From Moniliella sp. 'wahieum' (lineage: Eukaryota), in contig RSEE01000042.1 of NCBI GenBank assembly GCA_003971905.1, positions 434,001-498,000 on the forward strand: a stretch of 64,000 nucleotides of DNA, read 5' to 3'. The notes below the pieces were generated by a model. It had not been told where the DNA came from. It did not search any database and saw nothing but the letters and a program-made list of their open reading frames with translations. Shown piece after piece: positions 30,500-43,106 of this stretch; within the stretch, counting starts at the first letter, position 1, and the number at the start of each line of letters is the position of its first letter. A program made the translations under genes and the position numbers.

Positions 30500-32883
30500 T
30501 CACAAGCGCTTCCGAATCCATTCCTCCAAGCCTCCAGCCAGGAACAGATCCTGCACATTCTCCGCCACCCCAGTCTTGGTTTGGTACGTGACCTTGGACC
30601 CGTCGGGCAACGTCTGCACCACCCCCCGTCGGCCGAGGAAATGTCAAGGGTCTGGTCCAACGCTTGGAGGGTAGCCTTGCCGTCCTTTGTCCCGGCGCCG
30701 CGCGCGCCCCCCTTGGCATACTCGGCGGTCAACGCATCCACAAGCGCAGGGCACTCAAGGCAAATCAGACCATTGTTGGTTGCGTTGCGTTGAAAATGTC
30801 GCCAAACGAACCGGCAAGCACGATGGGCACGCCGGCATACTTGAGTGCCGTCGCCGCCTGTTCCCGCGACGAGCCCGTACCAAAGTTGTACCCGCCCACC
30901 AGCACCACGCCCTTGCGCACCCCTTCCGGCGCCGTCTCAGCCGCATGCGCCGCACGCACCTGGGCCACCACCTTGGCAAAGTCCACATCGTAGTTCTCCA
31001 TCACTACCTCGGCTTGCTTGGCCGGGGTCATGTCGTCTTGGTACGTGTACTTGCCCGGGTAGAGCGCATCGGTGTTCAAGTTGTCCTGTGGCGCAAATAG
31101 GAAGGGCCCCGAGAAATGAGACGGGAAACCAGGCAACAAGGTACCCTTTGCCTCGGGCTCTGCCGTCGTGGCCTCCGCGCTGGCCTGCTGCGGCGCAGCC
31201 GGCGCATTGGCCGTCCAGGAAAAGATAGGCTTGGTCATCTTGGCCAGCGACGGGTCCAAATCGGCCGGACCACAAATCTTGCCGGCCGCCGCAGAGGCTG
31301 CGACGACGGCGGGCGACGCAAGGTAGGCCAACGCGTTAGGCGAGCCCATTCGGCCCTTGTAGTTGCGGTTGGTAGCGGAGATGCCCACCTCGCCATCTTC
31401 CAGCAGCCCCGTGCCAAGGCCAATGCAAGGCCCGCATCCGGCCGGAAGCGGTTTGGCGCCCGCAGCGAGCAACGTGCCCCAATCACCCGCCTCTTCTGAC
31501 GCGCGCTGCACCACACTCGACGCGGCCGCAACGTAAAACTCAACGCCAGGAGCGACCTTCTTGCCCTTGAGCACTTGTGCTGCCGCATGCAAGTCGGACT
31601 GGCGTGAGTTGACGCAGGAAACGAGGTAGGCCTTGTTGATGGGAATGTTTTGCTCGGTCAACTGGCTCAACGGCGTGGCGACTTTGACCGAGTTGGGGCC
31701 CGAGACGTGGGGCGCAAGCTGGCTCAGGTCCAGGCGGAGCGTTTTGCTGTAGACGGCATCGGGGTCGGAACGGACGAGATGGTTGGAGAGGTACTCCAAG
31801 CGCTTGAAGTTGAGTCGCGGGTGGGTCTGGGCCAAGGAGGGAGACGAACCAAATTGGAACTTGTCCAGGCCGCGGATCAACTTTTCGTACCACGCCAACG
31901 TCGTCTCGTCCACCGCAAACACCCCGGCCAACGCACCCCACTCGGTGGTCATGTTGGCGATCGACAAGCGCTCATCCACACTCAACGTGCTCACCCCCGG
32001 CCGGTAAACTCAATGGCACAGTTGAGCACTTGGTCTTGATCAAAGTACCCGCACAGCGCAATGATCACATCCTTGCCCGTCACCCCGGGCGGCAAGTGGC
32101 CCGTCAGCTCGACCTTGACTTGCTCAGGGATCTGCCACCAGGTCTGCCCCGTGGCCCAGATCGCCGCAGCGTCGGTGCGGACCACCGGGGTGCCCACACA
32201 GCCAATCCCGCCATACATGTTGGAATGCGAATCGCTGGCCACGGCCAGCGTTTGGGGAAACGCATACCCTTCCTCAATCATCACTTGGTGACCAATCCCG
32301 CGCCCAGCCGGGTAAAAGGAAATATCGTGGGCTCGGGCAAAGGCTTGGATCTTGCTGTACTTTTCCAGGTTCTTCGGCGACTTGTTCTGCACATCGTGGT
32401 CCAGCGCAAACGCCACCTGGTCCGGGTTGGCAATCTTACTCGCGCCAATGGAGCGGAACCTGGAACGCCAAACACACACCACACAACAACGTATCGCGTA
32501 ACGTCCATCCCGGTCAGAGGGCCGTACTAACCACATGGAAATGGAACAAAGGGAGGAAGGGAAGAGGAAGAGGAAGAGGAAGAGGAAGAGGGAGAGGGAA
32601 GGAAGAGGAGTGCGTACTTGGAGATCACAGGGCCCGTATTGTCATGGGTCATGACCACATTGGGACGGATGTTGACACTGTCGCCGGCCTGGACAGTGAC
32701 GCCAGGGCGGAGGTCCACCGCATACCGCTGCACAATCTTCTCAATCAGCGTTTGCGCCACCTCGGCCTGGGCGCGCGCCGAGACGCAGAACCCAGCGCGA
32801 GGGGAGGCAAAGGTGGGCGTGGAAGGGCAGGGACGCAAGAGCGCACGCGGCACCGCCCGCGACAGAGCCGGTCGAACAAGCAT
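30500..32883 (-). CDS. LYS4: Mitochondrial homoaconitase
   Basis: [85 protein letters not shown]-terminal [11 protein letters not shown]. Intron about 32460-32617. Confidence 0.96.
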
Positions 32884-34109
32884 GGGGCGCGAGTTGGTGG
32901 TAGTGGTGGTGGTGGTGGTGGCGCGGCGGCGGTAGCGTTGCCCTGGAGCGATGGAAATGGAGCGCCAGGTTGGGGCGGAGTAATTACTGGACTGTCCAAT
33001 GCGAATCACGCTTTTTTTTCCACCGCCTCCCCCAGCGGCAGTTGCGGATTTATGGCGCCAGAAGAATATTTGTCAGACATTTACTCCGGCAGCGCGTCAG
33101 CGTTCGACATTTCACTTTTACTTTCCCTCAAGTCATGTGACTCCAAGGCGGAGGCAGTCGACAATCGCGGGGGCTGTCAACTGTCAACTACTGGCACACA
33201 GACTCGATTAGCAGTCGCCGGACCACAGAACTCCCTTCATTATGCCAGTTGGTGCCCGCTGTCATTAGTTCTGTCACCGCGGTCCATGCAGCTCAAGTCA
33301 ACATGGTGGCCAGCTCTTTGTCGTCCGCCATTCCCTCTCCCACGGGCAAAACCTCCTTCGCCCGTCAAAGTGCCGAATCGTTCTTCTCCAAAGGACAATT
33401 CCCTTACACTACTATGGCCCGGGCCCCTGTCCAGAGTCCACCCATGATGCATGGCACTGGCTATGCCCAATCACAACCCCCCCCCGTCTCTCCCATTGCG
33501 CCGGCCATCGGAATCGGGACTACAGATGCCGCCCACGGAGGGTACTATACAGGGAGCGTGTGGATTCAGAGTGGGGCTATCGACGTAACAACAGAGTCTC
33601 AAAGACAGACACGCTAAGCTCGAGTTCCACCGCGCGCACACCAAGGAAGGAAGGAATAGGGGGGGAACTTGGGGGGGGGACAATGAGGTATACTGTGTAA
33701 TCAACCCGTGGGAGACGCTGCTTCTCCCAGTCGAGAGGCCAGAGAGCCCAGAGGAGAGACCGAATGGGATGCGCGTGTAGAAACGAGAAAGCTTTAAGGG
33801 TATGCGAGCATGTGGGGAAGGGAAAGTAGAGTCGGGGATGGGGTTGGGAGGGGGATGATGGTCATGGGGCATCATATGTGTTGGGGTTCTGCTCGGTAAA
33901 TATCGAAGAAGCACAGACAATATTGGGGACAACCCCTAGTCAGCTGGATGGACCATAGGTATACTGACTGGCACACAGTCCTAACACTCCCAGAGAAAGT
34001 GCAAGGTAGCCTGCCAACGCTCCGACCACAGGGTAGGGAAAGACGCAGATCAACAAAAGGGGCCATACTAGGTCTCAAGAGGCCAGGTATATGTATACGT
34101 AAAACTGGC

Positions 34110-35524
34110 TTAGGCAAGTGCCGCCATCGATCCCGCAGCGACAGCAAGCCAGCAAACCGTGTGGACGTAGAGCAAGCCTGCGGTATTGGGCTTGCCCTTC
34201 CCGGACCCATTCCCATTTGAACCACTGCCACCCGAACCATTGCCACCGTTGGAACCAGACGGGTTGTTACCAGTACCGTTGGGCCAGCCCGTACCGGTGG
34301 TATTGGCGCCATTGTCGTTGCCAGCGACAGTGGAGTTGGTAAACCCCGAAGCGGGATTGTGGGCATCTGGTCCGGGCACGTCGGGGCCCTGGGTTGAGCC
34401 CGCATTGTCGCCCTGGATGAACCCTATGACGGGACCATGGAAGACTTGCGTGCGGACAGCGCCGCTTGGACCGACCGCGACTCGTTGTAGTTAGTGTCGA
34501 GCAGCACATTGTCCAGCGTGTGGATCACGCCGTTTTTGGAGATAATGTCGGATTGGATTATCTGCGCCCAGCTGGTCCCAACACGGATCGAGTTGTTGCT
34601 CGGCTCATAGTACATGTCTTGCCCCGCCGCATTGACCAGCGATCCTTGGGTGCGCAGCAGCGGCGTAAATACCGCCCGGTTCTGGATAATGTGCTGCAAG
34701 GCCACCAGCGTTGCGTTGCCCGTTGCGTTGATCAGGGACGAGGCGGATGTCCAGGCCTCCGTTGTCGGCACAAACACCGTCACCCCAGGCAGCGAGTCGA
34801 GGTCGTTGTCGGTAAAGTAGGTCGAGTTGGCCAGCGTGGTGACCAGCTGGGTCTGGTGGGCGACAAAGCTGAGCGTGTAGGACGTGGTACCGGGCACGGT
34901 GATGGCTTGGGCAATGGGCGCCACGGTAATGTTGTTGGAAATGGTGTAGGCGTCTCGGTTACCGCGTCGGAATTCAACCCCTCAAAGACGTCAAACGGGC
35001 CGTCGCCCCGCTTCGAGAGGGAAATGGGAAGGCCGTTGCCACCGGGCTGAGCAGAGAATGAGCCATCGGTAAGGAGGGAATACCCAAGAGCGTGGGTAGG
35101 TGCGTTGGGGATCTGGTCGACTGGGAAAGAACCATTGAGGACTAAGAGGGCAGCATTTTCACCCAGTTAGAACCTACACCCAGGAGAACCAACGGGAGAG
35201 AGCACACAGATACATACCGTGCTGCAAGAGTGTGGCGCGAAGCTCGGTCTGGTTGCCCGAGACCCAGGTGGGGAGACCCGTCACGGCACTGTCCACAGGC
35301 GCCAGGAAGAGCTTCTCGCCCGCGTTGGCGACGATCGTGTTGGCGACGTCCATGTTGCTGGAAAGCAGGGTAGCGAGCTGGGTAAGGTTGTGAGACTTGA
35401 GATCGTTGATGAGCGTGTCGCTGGCCTTGTTGGTCGCCTGGCGGGACTGGGACTGGGGCAGAGCGTATGCTGCGGCAGCGGCGGCCGTGGCAGCAGCAAC
35501 AGCAACAACAGCGGCGGTGTGCAT
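34110..35524 (-). CDS. Secreted fasciclin (FAS1-domain) protein with probable GPI-anchor signal
   Basis: Hydrophobic signal peptide, FAS1 H1/H2-like motifs (LFLAPVDSA, VTVFVPTTEAW, LQHII, DIISKNGVIHTLDNVL), Gly/Asn/Ser-rich linker and hydrophobic C-terminus (VCWLAVAAGSMAALA). Intron about 35143-35217. Confidence 0.88.
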
Positions 35525-37221
35525 GGCAAGGAGAGGCCAGAGCCCACCACAAGAACAGAGGGGAGAAGGAAGAGGGGCGGGTGGGGGCAATTTGGGTCGC
35601 CTGCGGGACAGTCCCTGCATTATATGCTGGGGGGGGGGCATAATAGACCGATCGGACGAGACGAAACGATGGGTGGGGGTGGTGGGTGGTGGGCAGAAGG
35701 CCGGGGGCAGTGTGGTGCTGCCGCTGGAGTGTTTGCATTGCCGCGCCTCTCACAATCAGCCAGTCGTGCGGGGCAAGGGCGCTCCTCGGCTGTGATGCGA
35801 TTGTGTGCTGGGCAGCAACGAGACGAACGGTGGCATATAAAATGCAGTTGTTCGATCTATCGGACAGACGGGAGCACTGCCCCCGCAGCGCGACGCTGGC
35901 TTGGGCAGGGTGTCTGCGCCCCGTGCATGCCATGCGCACCACAGGGGAATGGAAGAGCGCTGCGAGGGGGAAGCGCGAAGCTACTTAGTACTATATGGGC
36001 TGCTGCCCCGTGCATCCTGTGCATGCACAGGGCGCACCCAGCAACAGGCCGCCCACAGCTCGGCTCCGGGTGGGCTGCTTGTGGCTTGTCCACGGGGTTC
36101 CTTCAACTGGGAGGATCATCGGAGAGGGGGCGCAGCATCATTAGGCGAGCGAGGTGTCGGGATGATGACTTCCGCACACAGCAGGAATAACCCAACACGG
36201 TCAATCTTTTATTGCTACTTCGCCGTTATACTGTGCCTGTGAGAACCCCCTCGCCCTTGTCAATATGCGTTCCCGCAAGCAACTAACCCGGGTGGTGTGT
36301 ACATACACACCAGAGGAGAGGAGAGGCTTTGTAGACCTTCATTAGGCTTATAGGTTGGTCACGTTGATCGGCTCACGGTGCCAACCGCGCTATACTGCTG
36401 GTTGTCCATGCTCATCTCATGTCATTTCCGACGGCCGTTACCGCCTTGTTTGGTCCCGTACATAGGCCAAGGCACCTTATCGATTATCACCCTTTGCCCC
36501 TTGTTTGAGCTCCAAAGCCTCCACGGGTACACTCCGGTAGTTTCGAACCCCGGTCTCCTCTTGGTGCGACAAAGGCTTAGACGTTAACGTTTAAAACTAC
36601 CACCACCGCGATCGCATTTTGCTCTATATATCCAGAGGTTCTCCACCCAATCCTTGGGTCCTTTCGGACTTGCATGCGTTAGCCGTGCCGTTTTGCGTTC
36701 GCATATATAGGCACAAAATTTTTGGCTAGGGGTGCTTTCTAGACAGGTTGGTGCCCTGAGGCCTGATGATCGATAAGGTGCTTCACAGGGGAAGGCCGCC
36801 AGAGGTCGCCTCGTTCTTCTATTACAAAAGTCAGGGAGAGTACTTAGCACTTATGCAAAATGATGTTGTTGCATGTGTGTCCCCCGCACGAAAAAGCAAT
36901 AGGGGAACCCTACTGCTGTGCGGAGATTCCGCCGGGAAAGACATCTCTTCCAACAATCCCCGCAACGTTCCACGACGTTCACTTCTAAGATCAGTCGCTA
37001 CGCGCAATCTCTGCCCGGGCCCAACAAAGTCAACGAGACGGGGCAGCGAAAAAGGAAGAAAGACAGAGAGAGTGTTGATTATGTCGCGGAAATAATCCAA
37101 TCGATCTTTCCATATAGTGTGGTACGGCCGGTACCTAATATAACCCTCCTCAGGCCTGAGCTTCAGGCCTCACGCGTCACGGCAGTTGAAGATCAGCCAA
37201 GATCGACAATTGAAACCCTGC

Positions 37222-38318
37222 TGTTGACTGTGATCCTCTGGCTCCCAGTCGGTAGACCAGGTTCGCCTCGGTTCCATCGGCTTCCACGCTGACGTCCCGC
37301 GTGTCACTGTCCCTGTGCCCTGCACTCTCTCCTGTGTGACTCACTGTCCCTGTGCCTAGTCCAGCCTCCTATATAGATGCCTCTGTACCCAGACCCAACT
37401 CTGGCTCCAATCCATCACCTCACCTTCTCCTCATCCTTCTGCCGTCCGGCTCCTAGGCCAACAGAGCTACAATCTGATCCCCCCGGAAGGGGAGCGCTCT
37501 TCAAGCAAGCCCACCCCCAAGCCTACAAGCCCAAGCTAAGCCGCCTGCCAATTCATCCGGGCACCTGGGGAAAGGATGGGGGGGGGGTCACCCAACTTCT
37601 TCCACTCCTCTTTTCAACAACAAAGAGAACCCAAACAGATCAAGACGGTTGACGCATAGCGCCCGTTCATTTCCATGCCCAATGGACCCACTGGCACCAG
37701 GCATGCGGAACCAAACAACTACCAAACGCATCCAATTTTGATGCCAACGACCTTGGACCGCATTTACTCCAAGTTTCCAATTTTCTTTCACTACACCTAT
37801 AACTGGTGCTTTTTACTTTGCCCACCAAATCGCTTCGGGGCGCAACCCCTACTACTTTACTTCTAAGACTTCTACAGCATCTGGCGGTCGCACAATACAC
37901 CAACCACAAGCGCTCGGCTCGTTCAGGTGTCATCCTGGACAGCGGGGGTGTGCAGTCGTGTGGCCATGCACAACTCCAGGCCATTCGTCCCGGTTGCCAC
38001 TCAAGTCCTCCCCTCTACATCCACTGGCAGGAGCTCATCCCACAACCGATGTCTCCGGGTTCCTGGCCAGCGGGGGGTGTTGACTGTGATCCTCTGGCTC
38101 CCAGTCGGTAGACCAGGTTCGCCTCGGTTCCATCGGCTTCCACGCTGACGTCCCTGCGTGTCACTGTCCTGTGCCCTGCACTCTCTCTCCTGTTTGACTC
38201 ACTGTCCCTGTGCCTAGTCCAGCCTCCTATATAGATGCCTCTGTACCCAGACCCAACTCTGGCTCCAATCCATCACCTTCTCCTCATCCTTCTGCCCGTC
38301 CGGCCCCCTAGGCCAACA
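37222..38318 (+). mobile_element. Non-autonomous LTR retroelement (TRIM-like), LTRs 37222-37463 and 38078-38318
   Basis: Two near-identical 241-242-bp direct repeats each bounded by TGTTG...CAACA, TATATA inside the LTR, purine tract AGCGGGGGG abutting the 3' LTR, flanks CCTGC/CGTGC (5-bp TSD, one mismatch), 614-bp interior without recognisable gag/pol. Confidence 0.9.
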
Positions 38319-41300
38319 CGTGCACTCAATACACATTGTGCTCATCGTCATCGACATCCCTAGGACCATCGGGATAAACTTGGTGAACATTGGCCGAGCC
38401 TGTGAGCGCTGAGCCTCACAACACAAAGGCAGCCCAGGGGCATCGTCGACACTGCCTGTTCCGGCTAAATATGGCATGCTCGCCCGGGTATATGGTGCCG
38501 ACGCGTACGTAAGGGCTTCTATCAGTTCTAGTTACTTGGGTAAGCCAACGGACTTTCCGCTGGGGCAGTTTGTGCACTGAAAATTGTGAATGCAATGAAC
38601 CATCATGCATGCAACCACGATCATGCGCCAGGACCGTTTGCGTTGTGCTGTGCTTTGCAAGGTGTCTGAGGATACGAAACAGGTACCCGGTCCACCTCCT
38701 CAGCTCCCCCAGGCTCTCTTAGCTCTCCCCCCCTCCCCCTCTGGCGTCTGAGATGGAGTTCGATCTGAGATCTGACCAGTGACTAGTAACTCGTGCCCTC
38801 TCTATCGGCAAATCTTTCGGTCTCTCTTTTCCAGCGCCACACGGGCCACTGCAAGTGATTAAATTGCGCCCTGGGTTGACGACATTGACGCGTTAATTGA
38901 CGCGTCGACACCAGTTGCTTCTGTATAGTGAGACTGGCTACCTGCCGCGCACACCGAGTAAAGAGGCAACAACAAAAGGGAGTTTCTTTCACTCACCCCT
39001 CCTGCTCCACGAGTTTGGCGCAAGGAACGGTTCATATGTGACGCTGAGTTTGAATGCTGAATCGTGGGCACGGCTTCCAGGTACGATGATAAGAAGAGCA
39101 CATGCCATGGTGCAATCGCATGAGAGTACACAGAACGGGGAAAAGGACATTATGGCTTGCAAGCCGGCCCTGCCGGCCCGCGTGACGCGTGAGGCCTCAG
39201 ATGAGGTCTCCGAGGGCCTGAGGCCTTTTGAGGGTTAGCTGACTCAGGCCTATGCAAATGAGCATGATCCATGATCAACACGACACATACCCCTACGTGT
39301 CGTTTGGTAGATCATCTCAAACATGGTGGATCTGCTTGCATGCGCGGCCCCCACGTGCCAACTTCTATGTGTCGGACTACAGATGACTCTCGAGGCTGGC
39401 CGCGTTCAACGTTCAACGTTTTCAACGTACACTTCAATTGCTGAGCAGTGCATGTGACTCTCGGTAGTACTCGGCCTCACTTGGAAGTTGGCGATGGCAT
39501 TGTCGATAATTACGCGACGATAATCGACAATCGATAACTAAACTTGATAGCTTTTGATAACAATCACTCAGAGACCTATTTCATCCATAGATGCGGTTGG
39601 TCCGAGACATGCCGATGTGCAGTAGACGGCTGGGCGCAGTGGGCTCCCGGTTATCGATTATCGGGTGGCAATATACAAGGAAAACAATACCTGTCCGCCC
39701 CCTTCGATACCCGGTGCGCGGTAACCAACGGTAAAATGCATTCTGATTGAATGATATAGATAGCCCGCTGTGCGCTGAGAAGCTCTGCCAAGAGGGCTGA
39801 GGCTGAGAGGCTGAGATCTGAGAGTCACTTTAATTGACAGTATCCTCATGGCGGATGGCGCTGGCTCTGCATGGGCACTGGCACGGGGAGAGGGAAAGCC
39901 CACGGTTGGGCGTGGACGTGTAGTTGCTTCTCACGTAGCAAGCCGTGGTAAAGCAAGGCAATTCTCCAGGAAAGCCGAAGTGCCTACTACACCTCCTGTC
40001 TACAAGGAACGGGATGGTGCGGGGTACACTGCCCCCATGCTCCGCTCCCGGCGTATTTAAAATTCGTGACAACGTTAAACGCTCAGCGCTCAACAGGGCT
40101 GGGTGCGGTGGCGGCGCACGAGACGGCACGAGCGTGGCAAGGTGTGGGTGGCCCCACGGCAACGGCGGCAACAGGAGGCTTTTGTCCTCCTGAGCTGGAG
40201 GCTGAGCTTGAGCATCGCTGTGTTGCACCATCTGCATCACCTGCATCATCGGCAAAGTCCGGACATGTTCCCCTGTACCGATAATCTCGATAATCGCTAA
40301 TCGCACATCGCTAATCGCTAATCGAGTCTGATCGAAATGATCCGGGTTCCTCTGCAGAGACCCGACACGACTCTCCATCGCGGGTCCACAGCGAAAACCC
40401 AGAACGGACATGATGATCGATGACGCGATGATGCATGAGATCGTGATAACTTTGTTGGTGATTCAGTGATCGATGATCGATGACCTCATCCGTGATTTCG
40501 CAATGACTACGGCCGGCGTGGCGCATGCCGCACGCAGCCCCGGTGCTCCCCTGTCCACCTGGAGGAGTTTATAGCGACCGCGATCAGCTTATCGCGCAGG
40601 ACAAGTCATCGGCTCCTTCCCTCCTCTGTGCCATCCCCTTCTCCTTGGTACAGCAACACCACTACGCGCCCTGGTCGCCCTCGCGCCACTGCTTCCCCTC
40701 CCAAGGTGCGTATCATGTCCTATCATGTCCCGCGGGTGTTACATGTCACGGTTGTGCGCAACGCGTTGCTGGTAACCCCCCCTTCTTGCACTAGATCGAA
40801 TGGGAAGGATCTCATTGCCGATCTCAGCGCGCTCAGCACGCTCAGCAGCGCTTTGGGCTGTGATCGATTCTCACACAAAAAGGTGGGGGGGGCGCCGGAG
40901 CGCCCAGTGCTCAGTTGCGTACTCCAACGGCAATAGTGTGGACTGACCACTCTTTTTGTTTTTGTTTCGACAGACCTCCTTGCCTTGCACACTCAGTCTC
41001 CGCTTTATCTCAACCAACGCACCCTGTGTGACTTCAAGAAAGCTTACCACGCGCCTGCCCAATCCCAATCTCAACCCCAATCCCAATCCGTCTGCTCCAA
41101 TTCCTTTGCCAAGACAAGTATGGATCCCGTTTCTGCAACTGGTGCTACGAGGGCTTGAAGAACGACACGCCGCTCTGCCCCTACTGTACCACGACCCGTT
41201 CCGCAAGTACGATCGCCCGCGCGACTAAAGCGGAGCTCCTTTGCCTTGTCGAACTGATATCATTGGGGCTTGGCAGGTTCGCCTCCAGCCCATTGAACGT

Positions 41301-43106
41301 TATTGAACGTTGAACATGCTATGCCACCACTCGCAGCCTGGGAGCTGGAATTGTGGCGGTGGTGCCTCAGCCTGAGGCCTGGGGTCAGGCCTACGGCCAG
41401 AGTGAACTCAAACCGCCTGAGGTCATCGAGCCGTCCGCCTTGCTCTATCTCCAGTTGATCGATCTCCTCACCATATCTTCAGCTTTCCACAACAGCATCA
41501 AGCATCAAACTTCAAGTCTCCAGCTTCAAGCTTCTGTGCGCGTCACGCGTTCTTCTGTGTATACGCGTTCCGATGAGAGCACGCTCTACGTGCTCCTCGT
41601 CTCCAAGCCATTCTTTCCTTGTGGCGCTTTGCTTTGTGATCAAGCGATCTGGGTGCGTTGAGTGGGCACGATCCAGGACTGCAGGTCGGAGGCAAGCTCT
41701 CTCAGCCTAGAGCCGGGGTTCGGGGGTTTCCGGTGCCTTTTGTCTCGCTCGTGGATTTCCTTCATCTTCCTTTTTTTGCTGTCCACTTAGCAGCTACCCA
41801 TTTGGGCCTTCCGCCCCGGCTTGCGTGCATGGCGCCTCTGTTTTGGTATCAGAGGCTCGCTTGGGGCGCTTGGCAGGGTACACTTAACCACTGCGCTGTG
41901 ATCTGTGACATGTGAGTCCTTTCGGGACCCCCGCAAGGGCAATGGTTAATGGGGGGGAGAGCCGATTAGGCTGGATGGGTTTGGTTGGCTCTATGACTGT
42001 GCATGCCATTTATCTCTGCTGTCGAAATAGGGGGTGTACCATGGGCTGTTGTGATGTGTTACTGTCCCACAGACATGGGCTGGTGGGGCGGAGCGTACGT
42101 AGAGCGAATGGGTGCGCGTCGGCAGTTCCGCGGCACTCTTCAGGCTGGGCTGAGTCGAGGGACGACTGGCAAAAGGATATCGATAAGATCTAAGAGTTCC
42201 TGATTGATATACCATTGATTGACGAGGGTAGGATGACGTTGAACGTTGAACGTAGAACGGCAATACATGACGACGCGCTTACGCGCCACGAGAAAAACAA
42301 GCGGCGTGTGGACGCAGGGCCGATGGCGTGGCAGCGGTGGGCATGGGCCTGGGAACGGGATGGGGATGGGCGTGGGTGGGGATGGTGGATGGGGGCGCAT
42401 GGGAACAAGCCAGGGACGGTTGAACGTTGATTGGGCGAGCGGCGGCTGCCGACGCGAGTGGGGCGGCGAGCGCGCTCGACGGGAGCAGCCGGAGCGCAGC
42501 GTGGAGTTAAGCGAGGCGGGCGGGCGAGTGCGGCGAGTGCGGGCCAGTGCCTGCCAGCGCGTGCCAGCGCTGCGCGGACACGGCGCGGGCCCGAAAGCGC
42601 CCGACACACTGCCCCCCCGCTGGAGGCGGTATCACTGACTCACAGCACGCCGCCTGCCGCGCTGGGCCGCCGGCGCCGCCGAGCGCAGGGCAGCGCCCCC
42701 GCGTCCACGCAGCGCCCTGAGCCCCAGCCGCACGCCGCACGCCGCACGCCTCCCACCGCTGGGGTTGGTTTATCATTGTGTTGCATGCCCGGTGCGGCGG
42801 ATCCAACGCACGCCCAACACTGCCCCCCTGCCCATGCGGCGCTCCTGCCCCGCGCTTGGGCTCATGAGAGCATGCACACAACCACAATCCACCTGGCCAT
42901 GTCGCCCGCACCTATAAGATGCGTGGCCAGCCGCTCCGCCTCGCCCCCCTTGGAGCGTCCCTTCTCTTGCCTACGCCCTGCGCCCCCCTGCTTCGCCTCC
43001 CGCCTGCCCACCGCCCTCCGCCGCGTCGGGATCCATCGCTGTTTCTGTCTCTGTTTTTGCTTCTGCCTCTGCTTCTGTTTCCTTTTGCCTGGCTTTGTCC
43101 GCTGCC

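Noticed and set aside
32553..32610. (GAAGAG)n purine tract giving poly-Ser in the ORF track
   Set aside because: Simple microsatellite inside the LYS4 intron.
41058..41090. CCCAAT-type hexamer run resembling telomeric repeats
   Set aside because: Degenerate, not CCCTAA, short; ordinary microsatellite.
42431..43106. Upstream part of the 514-aa ORF as an AGC1 N-terminal domain
   Set aside because: Non-ATG start, low-complexity translation including CFCLCFCF from a TCTGYT microsatellite, and a TATA-like TATAAG at about 42914 indicate promoter/5' UTR.
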